A DNA stretch of 64,000 nucleotides from Heteronotia binoei (Eukaryota), in the NCBI RefSeq assembly GCF_032191835.1, contig NC_083243.1, positions 54,126,001 through 54,190,000 of the forward strand, written 5' to 3'. This document shows, one piece after another, positions 38,880 through 51,989 of this stretch. A program made the position numbers and the translations under genes. The notes under the pieces are model-generated. The model had not been told where the DNA came from. It made no database searches and saw only the letters and a list, made by a program, of their open reading frames with translations. Within the stretch, counting starts at the first letter, position 1; every line of letters begins with the position of its first letter.

Positions 38880-39200
38880 AGCAGTCCATTAAAAAGCTAA
38901 GAGAAAACCTTGAATTAAAAGCCTGGGTAAAAAGACGTGTTTTGGCCTGGTGCCTAAAAAAAAAAAGTCAGGTTGTTCCAGAGGTGAGGAGCCACCATGG
39001 AAAAATGTCCTGCCTGTAATCCCCATCCTCTTCGTCTCTGAAGGGGAGAGGCACAGAAACAGGGCTTGACAGGCAGATCTTAACTGCTGGGCTGGATGCC
39101 AAGGGAGGAGACGGTCCTTCAGGTACCCTGACCGCAAGCTGTTTAGGGCTTTAAAGGTAAGAATCAGCAGTTTACATTGTGCAGGGAAAGAGATGGGCAC
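38880..39200 (-). mobile_element. L2 LINE 3' fragment
   Basis: Translation ...KLLILTFKALNSLRSGYLKDRLLPW...LRSA resembles the L2 ORF2 C-terminus. Confidence 0.65.
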
Positions 39201-39788
39201 AATCTAAAGAGACCTGTTTAGGATTGTTCCCTTAGGCTCTGGTTACTGTAGCTCATGTCTCCCCTAATTAAAAAAAAAAATCAATGCAAGGATAACTATT
39301 CCTTCGCTGCCTTGTGGAACATCTTCCCTGACATCCATAGTGAGGAAGTTGAATAGTGTACTGCTGGTACCAAATCAGAGAGAATCTAATTTGAAATTGC
39401 AAGTTTACCTGACTTGAGGCTTATGACTCGGATGGGTTAAATGCTTAAATATATAAATCTTACATTGCCTTTCTGGCATCTACTTTATTTTCTTCTGTAC
39501 CCTTGCCCTCTCCTTCCATCTAATTATGCCTATGGATGCAAGCTATAAAAATCAGACTGAACTCAGTGGCAAGAATAAATACTCCATTGACATGTTTAGT
39601 GAGATCCCCTTGCAGGTTGTCCTTCTCCTGCTACCTTTCTAAAGAGCTTTCTACTTCATCCTTGCACAGATTAGACATTCTCACTGACAAAGATATTCTT
39701 TATACTAATATTTGAAATTCTCTTTCCCCATGTTCACTATACAACCAATGTAACTAGGAAGATAAAGGTATCTTTTGTTGTTACTCTA

Positions 39789-40104
39789 GAAGAAGAAGAA
39801 GAAGAAGAAGAAGAAGAAGAAGAAGAAGAAGAAGAATTGCAGATTTATATCCCGCCCTTCTCTCTGAATCAGAGACTCAGAGCGGCTTACAATCTCCCAT
39901 ATCTTTTCCCCCCACAACAGACACCCTGTGAGGTGGGTGGGGCTGAGAGGGCTCTCACAGCAGCTGCCCTTTCAAGGACAACCTCTGCCAGAGCTACGGC
40001 TAACCCAAGGCCATTCCAGCAGGTGCAAGTGGAGGAGTGGGGAATCAAACCCGGTTCTCCCAGATAAGAGTCCACGCACTTAACCACTACACCAAACTGG
40101 CTCT
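39789..40104 (-). mobile_element. Squam3-like SINE with expanded (GAA)n microsatellite tail (39789-39836)
   Basis: Body matches other copies; about 16 perfect GAA units. Confidence 0.88.
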
Positions 40105-41551
40105 AGTATATGTCACATGATCATAAACTGGGTTGGATTTTCACTTAGAGCTTTAAAAAAAAATCTAAGCATGTATGTGTGCCAAAGCAAAACATGTGAA
40201 ACAAGCCAAATTGCCAGTATGGCGGTAAGATGCTCTATAAGAGCACGTGTAGTTATATTGGTTATTTGGGTTTGTTCAAACCTAGTTTTACATAGAATTG
40301 TTTACATATTTATAAGTTTGGAATTTAAAAAAATATGGAGAATTACCCCAGTATATCCATATACGCTGCAGTGCAAACTCAAAGTCTGTATTTGGTTGTA
40401 ATTTGCCTTTCGTATATGTGTGTGTGTGTTTACATACTGGAACTCTGATGCCCATATTGATCTTTTTCCAACTTCTTTTGCAGAGTATATCCCATTTTTA
40501 AAAGCTGGAACTCTTTCTGTATGGTGTGAAGCCCTCCTAAGGCCAAACACTTTAAGAGTCTCAGATATTGCAGGACCTCAGACTGGGAAAAGAAACCACT
40601 TGGACTACCTTGCTTTGTTTTTTAAACTTCTACTGTTTACTTTCCAAGGTGCTCTGATTCTGAGTTGTGAGTTTCAAATAATGCTAAAGACAGATGTGAA
40701 TTACTCCTAGAATATATATTCTCAAATGTGGAATAACAATTACATCTTCATCTCAGGGTCTTTGGTGCTGAGGGGGTGAGGTTTGCACCTAGCATAGTCT
40801 CCTGTACTCCATTCTAAGAGTATTACATTTCCTAGTAGATGAGCATGGCTATCTGCCATTTCTATCTGACCTTTTAGAAAACAAAGTCCTATTTAGATTT
40901 TTATTTCAAAAATGACCATAGGAGCAAGGAAACCTGAGTTCAGAACTCCACAACATCTTATCTTTCACTGGATCACCATAGGCCAGTTATACACTCTAAT
41001 GCTAAGTTAACACATAGGGTTGTTGTGAAGATAAAATGGAGGAAGAGAGAACCATGTACACCATGTACCCTGATACCCATGGAGAAAGGGGTGGGGGGAG
41101 AGATAAAGAGTAATCAACCTGATAACTTACAGATGGGCTGAATTTTTTCCTCTGAGGTGAATGTGAAAATCAAATATGTAGTTGCACAGACAGGATACCA
41201 ACTTATCTGAATCCCCTAAACCTGCAAGTACTTTAATATCATTTCTTTTCAAGATAAGAATGACACTGCTACTCAAATAGAATATGCTATAACACATTAG
41301 ACTAACATCTATCTAAGACAATCTTCTGTCTCCAGTGTTTTAAACCCTTTAAAACTATTACATGTCAAGAAAAAAATCCTTTTTTGTTTTTCATTAGCTA
41401 CAGTCCAGGCTACAAAAAGAAATTAATTTAATATTTTAAAAACCATTTTATCTCATCCAGCAGAATCTAGAATTTGTAACGCTTTAAGGGGTTTTTTAAG
41501 GTCAGCTGACTAACAAATGCCTGGGGGGTGGGATAAACTCCTCCTTAGTTG

Positions 41552-41659
41552 GTCCAGTGGCACCTTTAAGACTAACAAAGTTTTATTCAAGGTATAAGCT
41601 TTTGTGTGCATGCTTATACCTGGAATTAAACTTTGTTGGTTTTAAGGGTGCCCCTGGAC
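41552..41659. mobile_element. Fold-back Penelope-like remnant
   Basis: Arms 41552-41599 and 41612-41659 are imperfect inverted repeats; the centre retains half a hammerhead (gcacacaaaagcttata on the minus strand). Confidence 0.6.
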
Positions 41660-41898
41660 TCAAACTTTATACAATAAGTTATACAATATCATGGATATAA
41701 ACATAAAGGTTAACTTCAGCTAAAGTTAAACACTGTTTAATTCCTTTTTATTTCTCTGGAATGGACATCACTGGCATCTAAATGGGCAAGACTTTTTGTA
41801 GACAAAGTCCAGCAGGAACTCATTTGCATATCAGGCCACACCCCCTGACATCACCATTGTTTCACACAGGGCAGGAACTCATTTGCATATTAGGCCAC

Positions 41899-43187
41899 TT
41901 TTAGGCCAAATGCCCTCAAAACGAGGTTGGGGAATTAGTTTAATGGACACTTGGCTTTAATAGGAATCTTTTTTATCTATGTATACCAGGCTCAACCATT
42001 CAGAGAGTGATGCTCAATAAAATGGACTCTAATTTAATAAAATCAATTGTAATTTATTTGAAATAATAGTTCTTTCACACAAGGTACAAAAACAATCACA
42101 CATTCACACAGGTCTAAAGAAATATAGAGAGATCGATAGGGGGTACATATAAGGATAACCATACAGGGTGATACTACCTCTCGCAGACTCCAAGGAAGAC
42201 TCCGATGGCGACGAATGAGGGAATGGGGAATGGACCCGAAACTGATCAGGAATCGGGGATGGATCTATACAGCGGGATATGGGGGTTGCTGAATAGAGAA
42301 CACACCTGTGGGTAGCTAGTCCACAGGTTATATAGAGTCACCTCAGTCCTGAGGGGATGGGAGGTGACTGGGAGGGGAGATGGGAGGTTCCGCTGATGAC
42401 CACGAAGGCTGGACATCGGCTGGGCCAATGGTGAGTCTTTGGCGACACCTGATTGGGTGTATGCTTCAACCAATGAACATCACCTTCATCCTGGGCATCC
42501 TGGAAACTTCCAAGTTGCGACAGGGCCTGGGGCGGCTCCAGTGATATCAGTATGGAAATGGTTGGGTGATTGGGATGGGATGGGATTATCTGGGAATGTG
42601 ACAATAGGGAATCAGATATGGACCTAGGTATCCCCGGTGTAGACAAAGGGCTTGGATGTGGCAGGAGAGATTCTTCCTCTTTCTCATCATCTCCTGGGTG
42701 AGGACTGCTGTTCAGGATATTACTTAGCAATTAGGATCAATAGTTGAGCTATTAATCCATTCATAAAACAGATGGGTTGCCTGCGGGCTAGGAATGACTC
42801 AAGGTGTGTACGTGAGGTTCCCACTAAGAAGGAATGAAGCCCAACCAGGCAGGAAGATGGCTACAAGTGGTGTTAGCGAAACACAGTGGCTTCCATGCTT
42901 AGCGCTTCAACACCGGTCGCCTGGACAGCTCCGTGGCGGCGTAGCCTCCTCCTCGCCATGGCGGACTCCACGCGGTAGCGAGGAAATGTCCGTGTGCGTC
43001 TGCAGACACTCTGTGCCTGTCTCAAGCACTTATATACTTGGCGGTTGGTACACATGAGTCCTATACAGTTCCTGGATAGCTTCACTCGCATTCACTGGCC
43101 AGGCGGGTGCAAGCTCACTTCTCCAGGCGCCCTGGCAACCATGTTTGTGACTATGATGTTTGGGGAAGGAGGGGTCATTTCCTCACA
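41899..43187 (-). mobile_element. Probable solo LTR (1289 bp) inserted in a hAT MITE
   Basis: 4-bp TSD ccac; removing it restores attaggccacacaccctgatgcc of the MITE. Minus strand starts TGTGAGG, with TATATAA at 42328-42334 and AATAAA at 42053-42058. Confidence 0.65.
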
Positions 43188-43539
43188 CCACACACCCTGA
43201 TGCCAAGCTAGCCGAAACTGCGTTCCTGCTAAACACACACACACACACACAACACTGTAAATCGATATAACTCTAGCAGGATTATGGTCTAAGTGACAAA
43301 CCTATGGCTCTAAAATAAAACCTTTTTAAAAATTCCAGTTCAAACCTGTGTCATTACTTTATATACTGCCTTCATTTTATGCTTGGCTTTTTGTTTCAAA
43401 AACTCTTCCTGGTAGTGAATGCCACTGGACAATATTATTTATCTTTCAAGGAATGCAGGACAACATACATTGTTCCTTACAACAATACTGTGAAGCAGGT
43501 TAGAGAGAGCATAATGTGACTGGGGTGTATCAACATCAA

Positions 43540-43835
43540 AATCACAAGATGTCATAGTTCCGCTGTACACTGCATTGGTCAGGCTGCACCTGGAGTACTG
43601 TGTGTAGTTCTGGAGGCCTCACTTCAAGAAGGATGTGGACAGAATGGAGTGGATGCCAAGAAGAGCAACAAGGATGATCATGGACCAAGTCCTATGCGGA
43701 AAGGCTGAGGGACTTGGGAATGTTCAGTCTGCAAGAGGAAGTTGAGGGGTGACAGGACTTGAAGGGCTGTCACTTAGAGAAGGGCAGGGAGCTGTTCCAA
43801 TTGATAGCAGAGGAGAGGACTTGCAATAATGGATT
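43540..43835 (+). mobile_element. Degenerate CR1 LINE fragment
   Basis: cacctggagtactgtgtgtagttctgg...ggaatgttcagtctg; homologous to the 20420-20700 region. Confidence 0.8.
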
Positions 43836-44138
43836 TAAATTAAGGGTGGGAAGGTTGGGGGGGCTCCAATTTGAGGGGGGGCACTCAACGGTACCACCCC
43901 CATAGACTTCCCTCCCACTGCTGCCTGAGAAAGGATTATCCCAGGCTGCTAGCTTGCCGCAGGGCCTTCCCCTCTTCCCCATAGCTGCCACAAGGTCTTC
44001 CCTTCCCACCCCTCTCCCAGCCACTCTCATGGCCATCCTGACCTACCATTGTGCTAGCTGGTACCCCATGCAACCTTCCAGGGTGAACAGCAGAAGCACC
44101 CCCCAGATTCCAGTGTGACTTAAAGAGTGGGGTGGCGG

Positions 44139-44487
44139 TAGGCTTCCCAACCCTCCCGCCCTGGTGGGAGACCCCAGGATTTCCAGCCTCTTCCCCCGCT
44201 CCCCCAAAAAATGGAAGCGGGAGGAGGGGGGAAATGGCGCCAAGGAGCGTGGCGAGCCGCCCCATCTCGCCCGCTCCGCTCTGCCTCTGAGGTGAAATCA
44301 GAGAAGGGGAGGGTGGAGGGAAGGAAGGCATTTAAAAAGTTGTGAGGTCCCTTTAATTGTGATGGACAGAACTCCCTTTGGAGTTCAATTGTGCTTGTCA
44401 CACCCTTGCTCCTAGCTCCACCCCAGTGTCTCCTGGCTCCACCCCCAAAGTCCCCAGATATTTCTGGAATTGGACTTGGCAACCCTA
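44139..44487. mobile_element. hAT MITE, TAGGGTTGCC family
   Basis: Ends ttggcaacccta; TSD ggtggcgg / ggtggtgg (one CpG transition). Confidence 0.8.
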
Positions 44488-44763
44488 GGTGGTGGGGAAG
44501 GGAGCAGCTAGAGTGGCAGGGAGGGAAGGGAAGGTTGTGTGGGGCACCAGCCCATGCGATGGTAGGTTGGGGGCCCTGACTTGGGGCCCCCAGGCCCGCT
44601 GGAAATTGGGAGCTGTGCCCCCACAGGCCCCCTCATAGCTGTGGGCCTGGCTGGGAAGGTACTGGCTGGATATTAGGATAAAAGTTTTTACAGTAAGAGA
44701 TAAGTATGCAAATTGAAAAAGGATTCATGATGAAGTTTTAACCAGAGTTGTATCCCTCTAAAT

Positions 44764-45242
44764 CAGGATGTCGAACTTATTTGTTATGAGGGACAGATCT
44801 GACATAAATGAGACCTTGTCGGGCTGGACCGGGCTATGTCAGGCCGCGCCATGTGTGTACCTATTTAAGATTAGGTAGCAGAGATAAACTTTTAAAGGAC
44901 ACAGACAAACATGAGTAAAAGTTTTTTTTTTAAAAAAATGCTTAATACATTAGCACTTGCTGGTCTTAAAGGTGCTTTCTTTGTATTTCTCCCATGGGAC
45001 TCAGGAAACTGGGCAAAGGAATCTCTGGCTCTTTCCTTCCTTCCCCAGGGCACTAAGAAGGGGAAGAGCCTCAATCAGTGGAGAAAATTAAGGTTTTGTT
45101 CTGTAGCTCCTATGCTATTGAGCAAGGCTTGTAAAGCAAGCTGAGATGCAGAAAGAAGCGACAGAGAGGGAGAAGGAAGCAGACAAGAGCCAGCTGCTTG
45201 GGGGCCTGATTTGGCCCCCGGACCACATGTTTGACACCCTTG
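44764..45242. mobile_element. hAT (Charlie-like) element, same family as 37563-38169, opposite orientation
   Basis: Termini caggatgtcgaac / gtttgacacccttg; TSD ctctaaat / ctttaaat. Confidence 0.8.
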
Positions 45243-45292
45243 CTTTAAATTCATTGATTTCAGTGGTCTTAGAAATGTGTAACTCCATGTAA

Positions 45293-45382
45293 GATTGCAT
45301 CTTTCATGTCTTCTATATGTGGTAGCTGATCAGTGTTGATTGCATCTTTCATGTCTTCTATATGTGGTAGCTGATCAGTGTT
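45293..45382. repeat. Perfect 45-bp tandem duplication
   Basis: gattgcatctttcatgtcttctatatgtggtagctgatcagtgtt x2. Confidence 0.95.
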
Positions 45383-45574
45383 GAGGGCCACCTTTTAATT
45401 TTTCTCTATGTGGCTTATTCAGCCAAGTTACTATTTTCTATCACAGGCTTCTTTTTGCCAAGTAACCATTGTACCATATAATTTGATTATCTTACCAATA
45501 TCAATCTAGAATATAAGTCCATGTTATTCAGTCTAAGCAGTAACACTGTTTATTGCCTCCTATGGCAATAATGC

Positions 45575-45775
45575 TGCAGCACTGCAGTCGGAGCCCTCTG
45601 CTCATGACCTGAGTTCGATCCCAGCAGAAGCTGGTTCAGGTAGCCAGCTCCAGGTTGACTCAGCCTTCCATCCTTCTGAGGTTGATAAAATGAGGACTCA
45701 GTTTGCTGGGGGGAAAGTGTAGATGACTGGGGAAGGCAATGGCAAAACACCCTGTAAAAAGTCTGCCATGAAAGC
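45575..45775 (+). mobile_element. Sauria-type SINE, 5' part (3' part resumes at 51454-51540 after the L1)
   Basis: The joined halves are colinear with the intact copy at 16638-16905. Confidence 0.85.
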
Positions 45776-46830
45776 ATAGAGACTTCCGGGGGAGGAAAAT
45801 GTCGAGCTGAGCTGCTTCTCATAATGGGAGCAGGCTGGAACTTCTGTTCGGGGTAGTGGAAGGCAAATAAATGCCTACTGCCTACTTTTCTCAGTCAGAG
45901 ATTAGTCCAAAATATTCACAGGAAACGTTGAGGAAATTTACCTTGGCTAAAAGGGAGTCCCGGGGGGGGGCCTCCTTTGAGGGGTCTCCGGGAAGGGTTG
46001 CATTTTCATCATCTGCAGAAGTTTTCAGAGTCATTTATTTGACATAAACTCGACAGAATCCTAACCTTCTTGGACATTGCTAAACATCTAAAGCTACACA
46101 AGACCGGTGGGAACTTGGATAATTGGAAGAGAAGGTACAGATTACTATCTTTCACTCCGGGACTATTTACTGTTTAACGGAGTAAATTTCAAAGGTGGGA
46201 AATGAAAATTTAGACAATTTGGAAGAAGAAGGGAATAAAAGGTGAAATTTGGACTTTGTAAACATAAAGGACAGTGCTAAAAAGTGGAAAGGAATTTATT
46301 GTTTAGTCTACTTGTGGTTTTGAAAAAAGAGCACCATCATCACAGACCTGCAGCATATTCAAGCAATACAGGAAGTACGTCAAGTATCGTGAGATCTCCT
46401 TACAAGTGTGAATGACACTTCGTGGCAAGTAAAGCAGGAAGTACCGGATGGAAAACCTACTCTAGGAATATAACACCATTGAGAAATAGCGGTGGCCATT
46501 GCTGGGAGGTCAAAATTAAAACAAAGTTTTTAAAGTGTTCGGGACATTAAAAATTGTTGGAATTAATTGAGAAGAGGACAAGAAGATAAGTACTATTGGA
46601 CATATTATTTGTGTGGACTTTAGACGTTTATAAAAGGGGGGGAAATGTACGGAGCAGCAAAAAGTCACGACCACCATTTTGAAAGATTTTACAACTTTAA
46701 AAATAAATACCTTGGTTTTGGGAGCTCTGAGGATGGCGAAGTTAGGCTTGTTATAAAGGGCAAGTCCTATTCTTTTGAATCTGATAGTTGAATTTGAAGT
46801 TGGTGAGGTCCAAATTTTGCTGTTTTTTAA

Positions 46831-47577
46831 ATGTCAGGACACAAGCAACCCCGTACAAGGGCTACTTCATTGGAAAAAATGCAGGACCAATTAGAAGCAA
46901 TGGAGGCCAGAACGATGAGAGAGATGATAAATTAATCTAAAAAAGAAATTATTGAAGAGATTTAAAAAGATATGGAAGATCTCAGAAAGGAAACAGAGGA
47001 AGCATCTAAGAAAGTGCAGGAGGTAGAAGGTAGAATGAAAGTATATGATTCCACCTTGTTGAAAATGCAAGAAAAAGTGACAATCCATGACTGCAAATTG
47101 ATGGAGACTCAGATACGTCTGAGAGGAGTACCTGAAAAGGAAGATGGTGACCTAAAAGAATATATAATAAAAATAATTGCAGAATTTTTAGAGGAAGATC
47201 CTGAAGGGACTAAAAATATGTATGACTATATGTATAGAGTGAACTCACTTTATGCCAAGAAAAATAATCTACCAAGAGATGTTGTTATAAAATATATGAC
47301 AAAAGAAATTATGGGAAAGATCATGAGTAAAAACTTTGAGAAGACATTGATAGTGGGAGGCAGCAGAGTAAGAATTATGAAGGAGTTGCCAAGGCAAGTG
47401 ATAAATGATAGAAGAACATATAAAAAACTGACAGAAAAATTACAGGACAATGAAATGAGGTTTAGGTGGATAATATTTGAAGGTTTGAGTTTTGAACTTT
47501 AGGGGAAAAGAATCACAATCACAAATGCACAGGAACTGCGTAGTTTTTATGAAAAACATAAAGAATTTGCACCATAA
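46831..47577 (+). pseudogene. L1 ORF1 (coiled coil + RRM/CTD-like), disrupted by three in-frame stops
   Basis: ATG at 46831 is in frame with ORF 46972..47502 (QIRLRGVPE...PRDVVIKY) and continues to TAA 47575-47577. Confidence 0.8.
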
Positions 47578-50500
47578 TGGATTACAAATTATTGTCTTGG
47601 AATGTAAATGGACTAAATTCACCACAAAAAAGAAGGGCAACATTAAACAAAAGGATTACAAATTTTTATGGAATAAACAATTGGGGTTAGAATGTTTTTT
47701 CATTGGCGAAACAGAAGAAAAGGGGAGTGATTTTTTATATTAAACAAGAATTGGAGCCAAAATTAGTGTTTGAAGACAAAGATGGAAGATTTGTAGCAGT
47801 AGAAATAATATTAAATGCAAAGAAAACATTGTTATTGGGATTGTATGCGCCTAATGGTGCAAAGGATGCTTTTTAAAAAAGACATCACACAACAATTTGA
47901 TGAACTGACGTATGACCAAGTTTTGATAATGGGAGATTTTAATGGAACAATTAAGAACTCTCTGGATAGATCTGGGGGAAAAAAATAATAACAAAGAAGG
48001 AAAATTGCCAAAGTCTTTTTTTGAACTGGTTAAACAAGAAAATTTGGAGGATATATGGAGGAAATTTAACCCTGAGGTGCTGGATTATACCTTTTTTTCA
48101 GCAAGACATAAAACTTTTTCCAGAATTGACATGTTGTGGGGCACTAAAGATTTAGGTTTTATAACAAGGAAAATAGAGATTTTACCCAAAATTGGGGCTG
48201 ATCATAACCCAATAATGTGGATTACAAAATTGTCCAAGAAGTTGAGAAGATGGAGATTGAATGAGGATTTACTACAGAATAAAGAAATAGTGACATTTTT
48301 AGAAAATGAAACTAAAGCTTTCTTTCAAGTGAATGATAAAGAGGATATGGATTTTCAGATGGTCTGGGATGCCTATAAAGCAGTAATGAGAGGACTATTG
48401 ATTACTTTGAATAATAAAGATAAGAAAGCAAAAGAAAAGCGGTTGTTGGAAATTCAAAATGAAATAAAGAAAAAAGAAGGGGAGTTGAGAAAAAGGCCAG
48501 GGAAAAAGAAAATTATAAGGGAAATTACAATATTACAAACACAAATGAGACATTTGTTAAATAAAGAATTGGAATGGAATTTAAAAAGATTGCAGCAGAA
48601 ATCTTTTGAGGGTGCAAACAAACCTGGAAAATATTTGGCTTGCCAACTGAAGAAAAAGAGAGAAAATAAAATGATTAATAAAATTGTGGTAGATGGAAGA
48701 GAGGTGGTTAATCAAGAGGGAATAAAAAAAGAATGTTTAAAGTATTATGCCAAGTTGTTTAAAGGTGTTAAAATAAAGACATAAAAGATGGATGAGTATT
48801 TACAAAAGATGAAAATAGAACCCTTAACAGAAAATATGCGAAAAGTTTTGAATGATCCAATTGAAAAAATTGAAATTGAGGCTGCAATTAATGCAATGAA
48901 AACTGGAAAGGCACCTGGGCCAGATGGATATACAGCTAAATATTTTAGAACTTTTAAAGATGAGTTAACACCGAAATTGCAGAAGTTGATGAACACGGTA
49001 AGAATAAAAGGGAAAATACCAAACACATGGAAGGAAGCTGTTATTTCGTTGATTCCAAAAGAAAATAGAGATGTCACGAATGTTAAAAATTATAGACCAA
49101 TTTCGTTATTAAATAATGACTATAAAATATATACAAGAATCTTGGCAGAACGGCTTAAACAACATTTGATAAATTTTATAAAGGAGGATCAAGCAGGGTT
49201 TCTTCCCAAAAGGCAAATAAGAGACAATATTAGAACTGTTGTAAATATTGTAGAATATTACGAAAGACATCCAGAAAAGGAAGTAGCATTATTCTTTGTG
49301 GATGCAGAGAAAGCGTTTGACAATTTAAACTGGGACTTTATGTTTGCAGTAATGGAGAAGATGGAATTGGGAGAAAGCTTTATTAAAATGATAAAAGCAA
49401 TATATACTGAACAACGTGCAAGGCTATGTATAAATGTAGACCTTACAGAAGATATGATAATTAGCAAAGGCACAAGACAAGGTTGTCCTTGTCTTTTCCC
49501 ATTGTTGTTTATAATGACTCTTGAAATATTACTGATGCAGATTCAAGAAGACAAAGATATAGAAGGATTAACAATAAAAGGATTTACTTACAAATATAGA
49601 GCATTTGCAGATGACATAATGTTTATAAATGAAAACCCCATACAAGTTACACCTTTGTTGTTAGCTAAAATACAAGAATATGAAGAGTTGGCGGGACTTT
49701 GTATTAATAAAGAAAAATCAAAATTTCTATGCAAAAATATGCAATTAAATAAGCAACAAGAATTACAGAGACTAACGGGTTGTGAAGTTACCTCCAAAGT
49801 AAAATATTTAGGTGTGGAGATAACAATGAAGAATATTGATTTATTTAAAAATAATTATGAGAAGCTATGGCGTAAAATGGATGAAGATATGTTAAAATGG
49901 AACAAATTTAATTTGTCATTGGTGGGTAGAATTGCTGCAATTAAAATGAATATTCTACCAAGAATAATGTATTTGTTTCAATCTATTCCCATTGTGAAAG
50001 AAAGTAAACAATTTGATAAATGGTGAAGGAAAATTTCAGAATTTGTGTGGGCTGGGAAGAAACCAAGGATTAAAATGAAAGTTTTGACAGATGCAAATGA
50101 GAGAGGTGGATTTCAACTACTGAATTTAAAATTATATCAGGAAGCAGTTTGTTTAGTGTGGATAAAAGAATGGATAACGCTGTTAAACAAAAAACTCTTA
50201 GTGCTGGAAGGTCACAGAAACAAATTTGGCTGGCACACGTATTTGTATTATGGAAACAAGAAGATGGAAGGTTTCTTCTCTCACCATTATATAAGAAATA
50301 ATTTGTTAAATACATGGATGAAGTACAAGAAATATGGGGATGAGAGGAAACTGTTATGGATAGTGCCGGTGGAAGTAATTAAAATAACGGCTGAAACAGG
50401 TGAAGAAAAGTGGTTGTCATATAATCAATTATTAAAAATACAAAGTGGCAAAGTAGAATTGAAAACTGCTAAAGAGTTGAATAATAAATATGATTGGTTC

Positions 50501-51248
50501 CAAATGCAACAAATTAAGAGCTTGGTGGATAATGATATTAAAACTGAAGGGATAAGAAAAGAACAAACGGAAATGGAAATAGTTCTGCTTGGAGATAATG
50601 AAAAATTAATTTCAAAAATATATAAATTACTGTTAAAATGGTCTATGGAAGATGAAGTAGTGAAATCTCAAATGATTAAGTGGGCAATTAATGTAAATAA
50701 AGAAATACAGATGGAAACTTGGGAACACTTGTGGAAAAATTCTATGAAGCTTTTGACATGTCATAGTATTAAAGAGAACTGTTTTAAAATGATGTACGGA
50801 TGGTACATGACTCCTAAAAAATTGGCAAAGATGAATAACAAGATGCCAGATAGATGTTGGAAATGTAAAAAACATGAAGGTGAAAGAGTATTGGCAGATG
50901 ATTCAGCAAGAAATTACTAAGATCTTGGGATATGAATTTAAGAAAAGTGCAGAGACTCTTCTGTTGGGATTACAAATGGAAAAATTTCCAAAAGAAGATA
51001 GAACTGTAATTTGGTACTTGCTTTCAGCAGCTAGGACACTATATGCGCAGTTGTGGAAGCAAGAAAAAATAGCAGAGAAATGGAATTGGATTATAAAAGT
51101 TATGACATGGAGTGAAATGGACAAATTAACAAGAACATTAAGAGGCTATAATTTAGAAGTTTTTAAGACGGAATGGAAAAAATTTAGAAGGTATGTAGAA
51201 AAAGAGTGGAAAGTAAAAGAACATTGGACAATTTTTGATAATGATTAA
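47577..51248 (+). pseudogene. L1 ORF2 (AP endonuclease + reverse transcriptase + partly deleted zinc knuckle), frameshifted
   Basis: MDYKLLSWNVNGLNSP start, SRIDM and ADHNPI APE motifs, KAPGPDG, NYRPISLLN, DAEKAFD, GTRQGCP, AFADD. Confidence 0.92.
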
Positions 51249-51577
51249 GTTTTAGAAGAAGAATATAAGTTTTTGTTTTAATAGTTAAGGGTACCTTTAA
51301 ATATTAGCATTATAAGTAAATAACACCGGCGGGGGTCAAGTAACGGGGGGAGTGGTGGGTAAAAAGTAATATATGGGATAGATAAAAGAAGTTATTAAGA
51401 TTTAAGAAATAATTTTGTTACCATATGTTACCGATAAAATTGTTTTAACCAACAAAAGTCTGCCGTGAAAGCGTTGTGAAAGCAACGTTACCCCAGAGTC
51501 GAAAACAACTGGTGCTTGCACAGGGGACTACCTTTACTTTTTTATAGCAAATGGTCACCACTTTTTGCCTACTATAA

Positions 51578-51837
51578 GCAGTTTGTGTGGTTAAGTGTGC
51601 AGACTCTTATCTAGGAGAACCGGGTTAGATTCTCCACTTGCACCTGCTGGGATGGCCCTGGATCAACCATAGCTCTGGCAGAGGTTGTCCTTGAAACGGC
51701 AGCTGCTGTAAGAGTCCTCTCAACCCCACCCACCTCACAGGGTGTCTGTTGTGGGGGAGGAAGATAAAGGAGATTGTGAGCCATTCTGAGATTCGGAGTG
51801 GAAGGCGGGATACAAATCCAATATCTTCTTCTTCTTT
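51578..51837 (+). mobile_element. Squam3-like SINE
   Basis: Matches 61335-61614; (ctt)n tail. Confidence 0.85.
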
Positions 51838-51989
51838 GTGGTCATAATAAATCTGCGCAGTGTATGTGGCATGAACTACAAACAATTTAAGTTTTTATAC
51901 AGTAGAGCAAGATTTCCCAATGCATTACCTGTAATGCCATGGTGCCCACTGACACCTTTTGTGGCACCCACCAAGTGTTTTTAGTAGAA

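Larger units (their letters stand above)
45776..51453 (+). mobile_element. Full-length, inactivated L1-clade LINE (about 5.7 kb: 1-kb 5' UTR, ORF1, ORF2, 3' UTR)
   Basis: 19-bp TSD aaaagtctgcc(a/g)tgaaagc at 45757-45775 and 51454-51472; ORF1 and APE-RT ORF2 recognisable. Confidence 0.93.

Noticed and set aside
42246-43200. Several short ORFs inside the candidate LTR
   Set aside because: No gag, pol or env motifs; lengths are compatible with chance.
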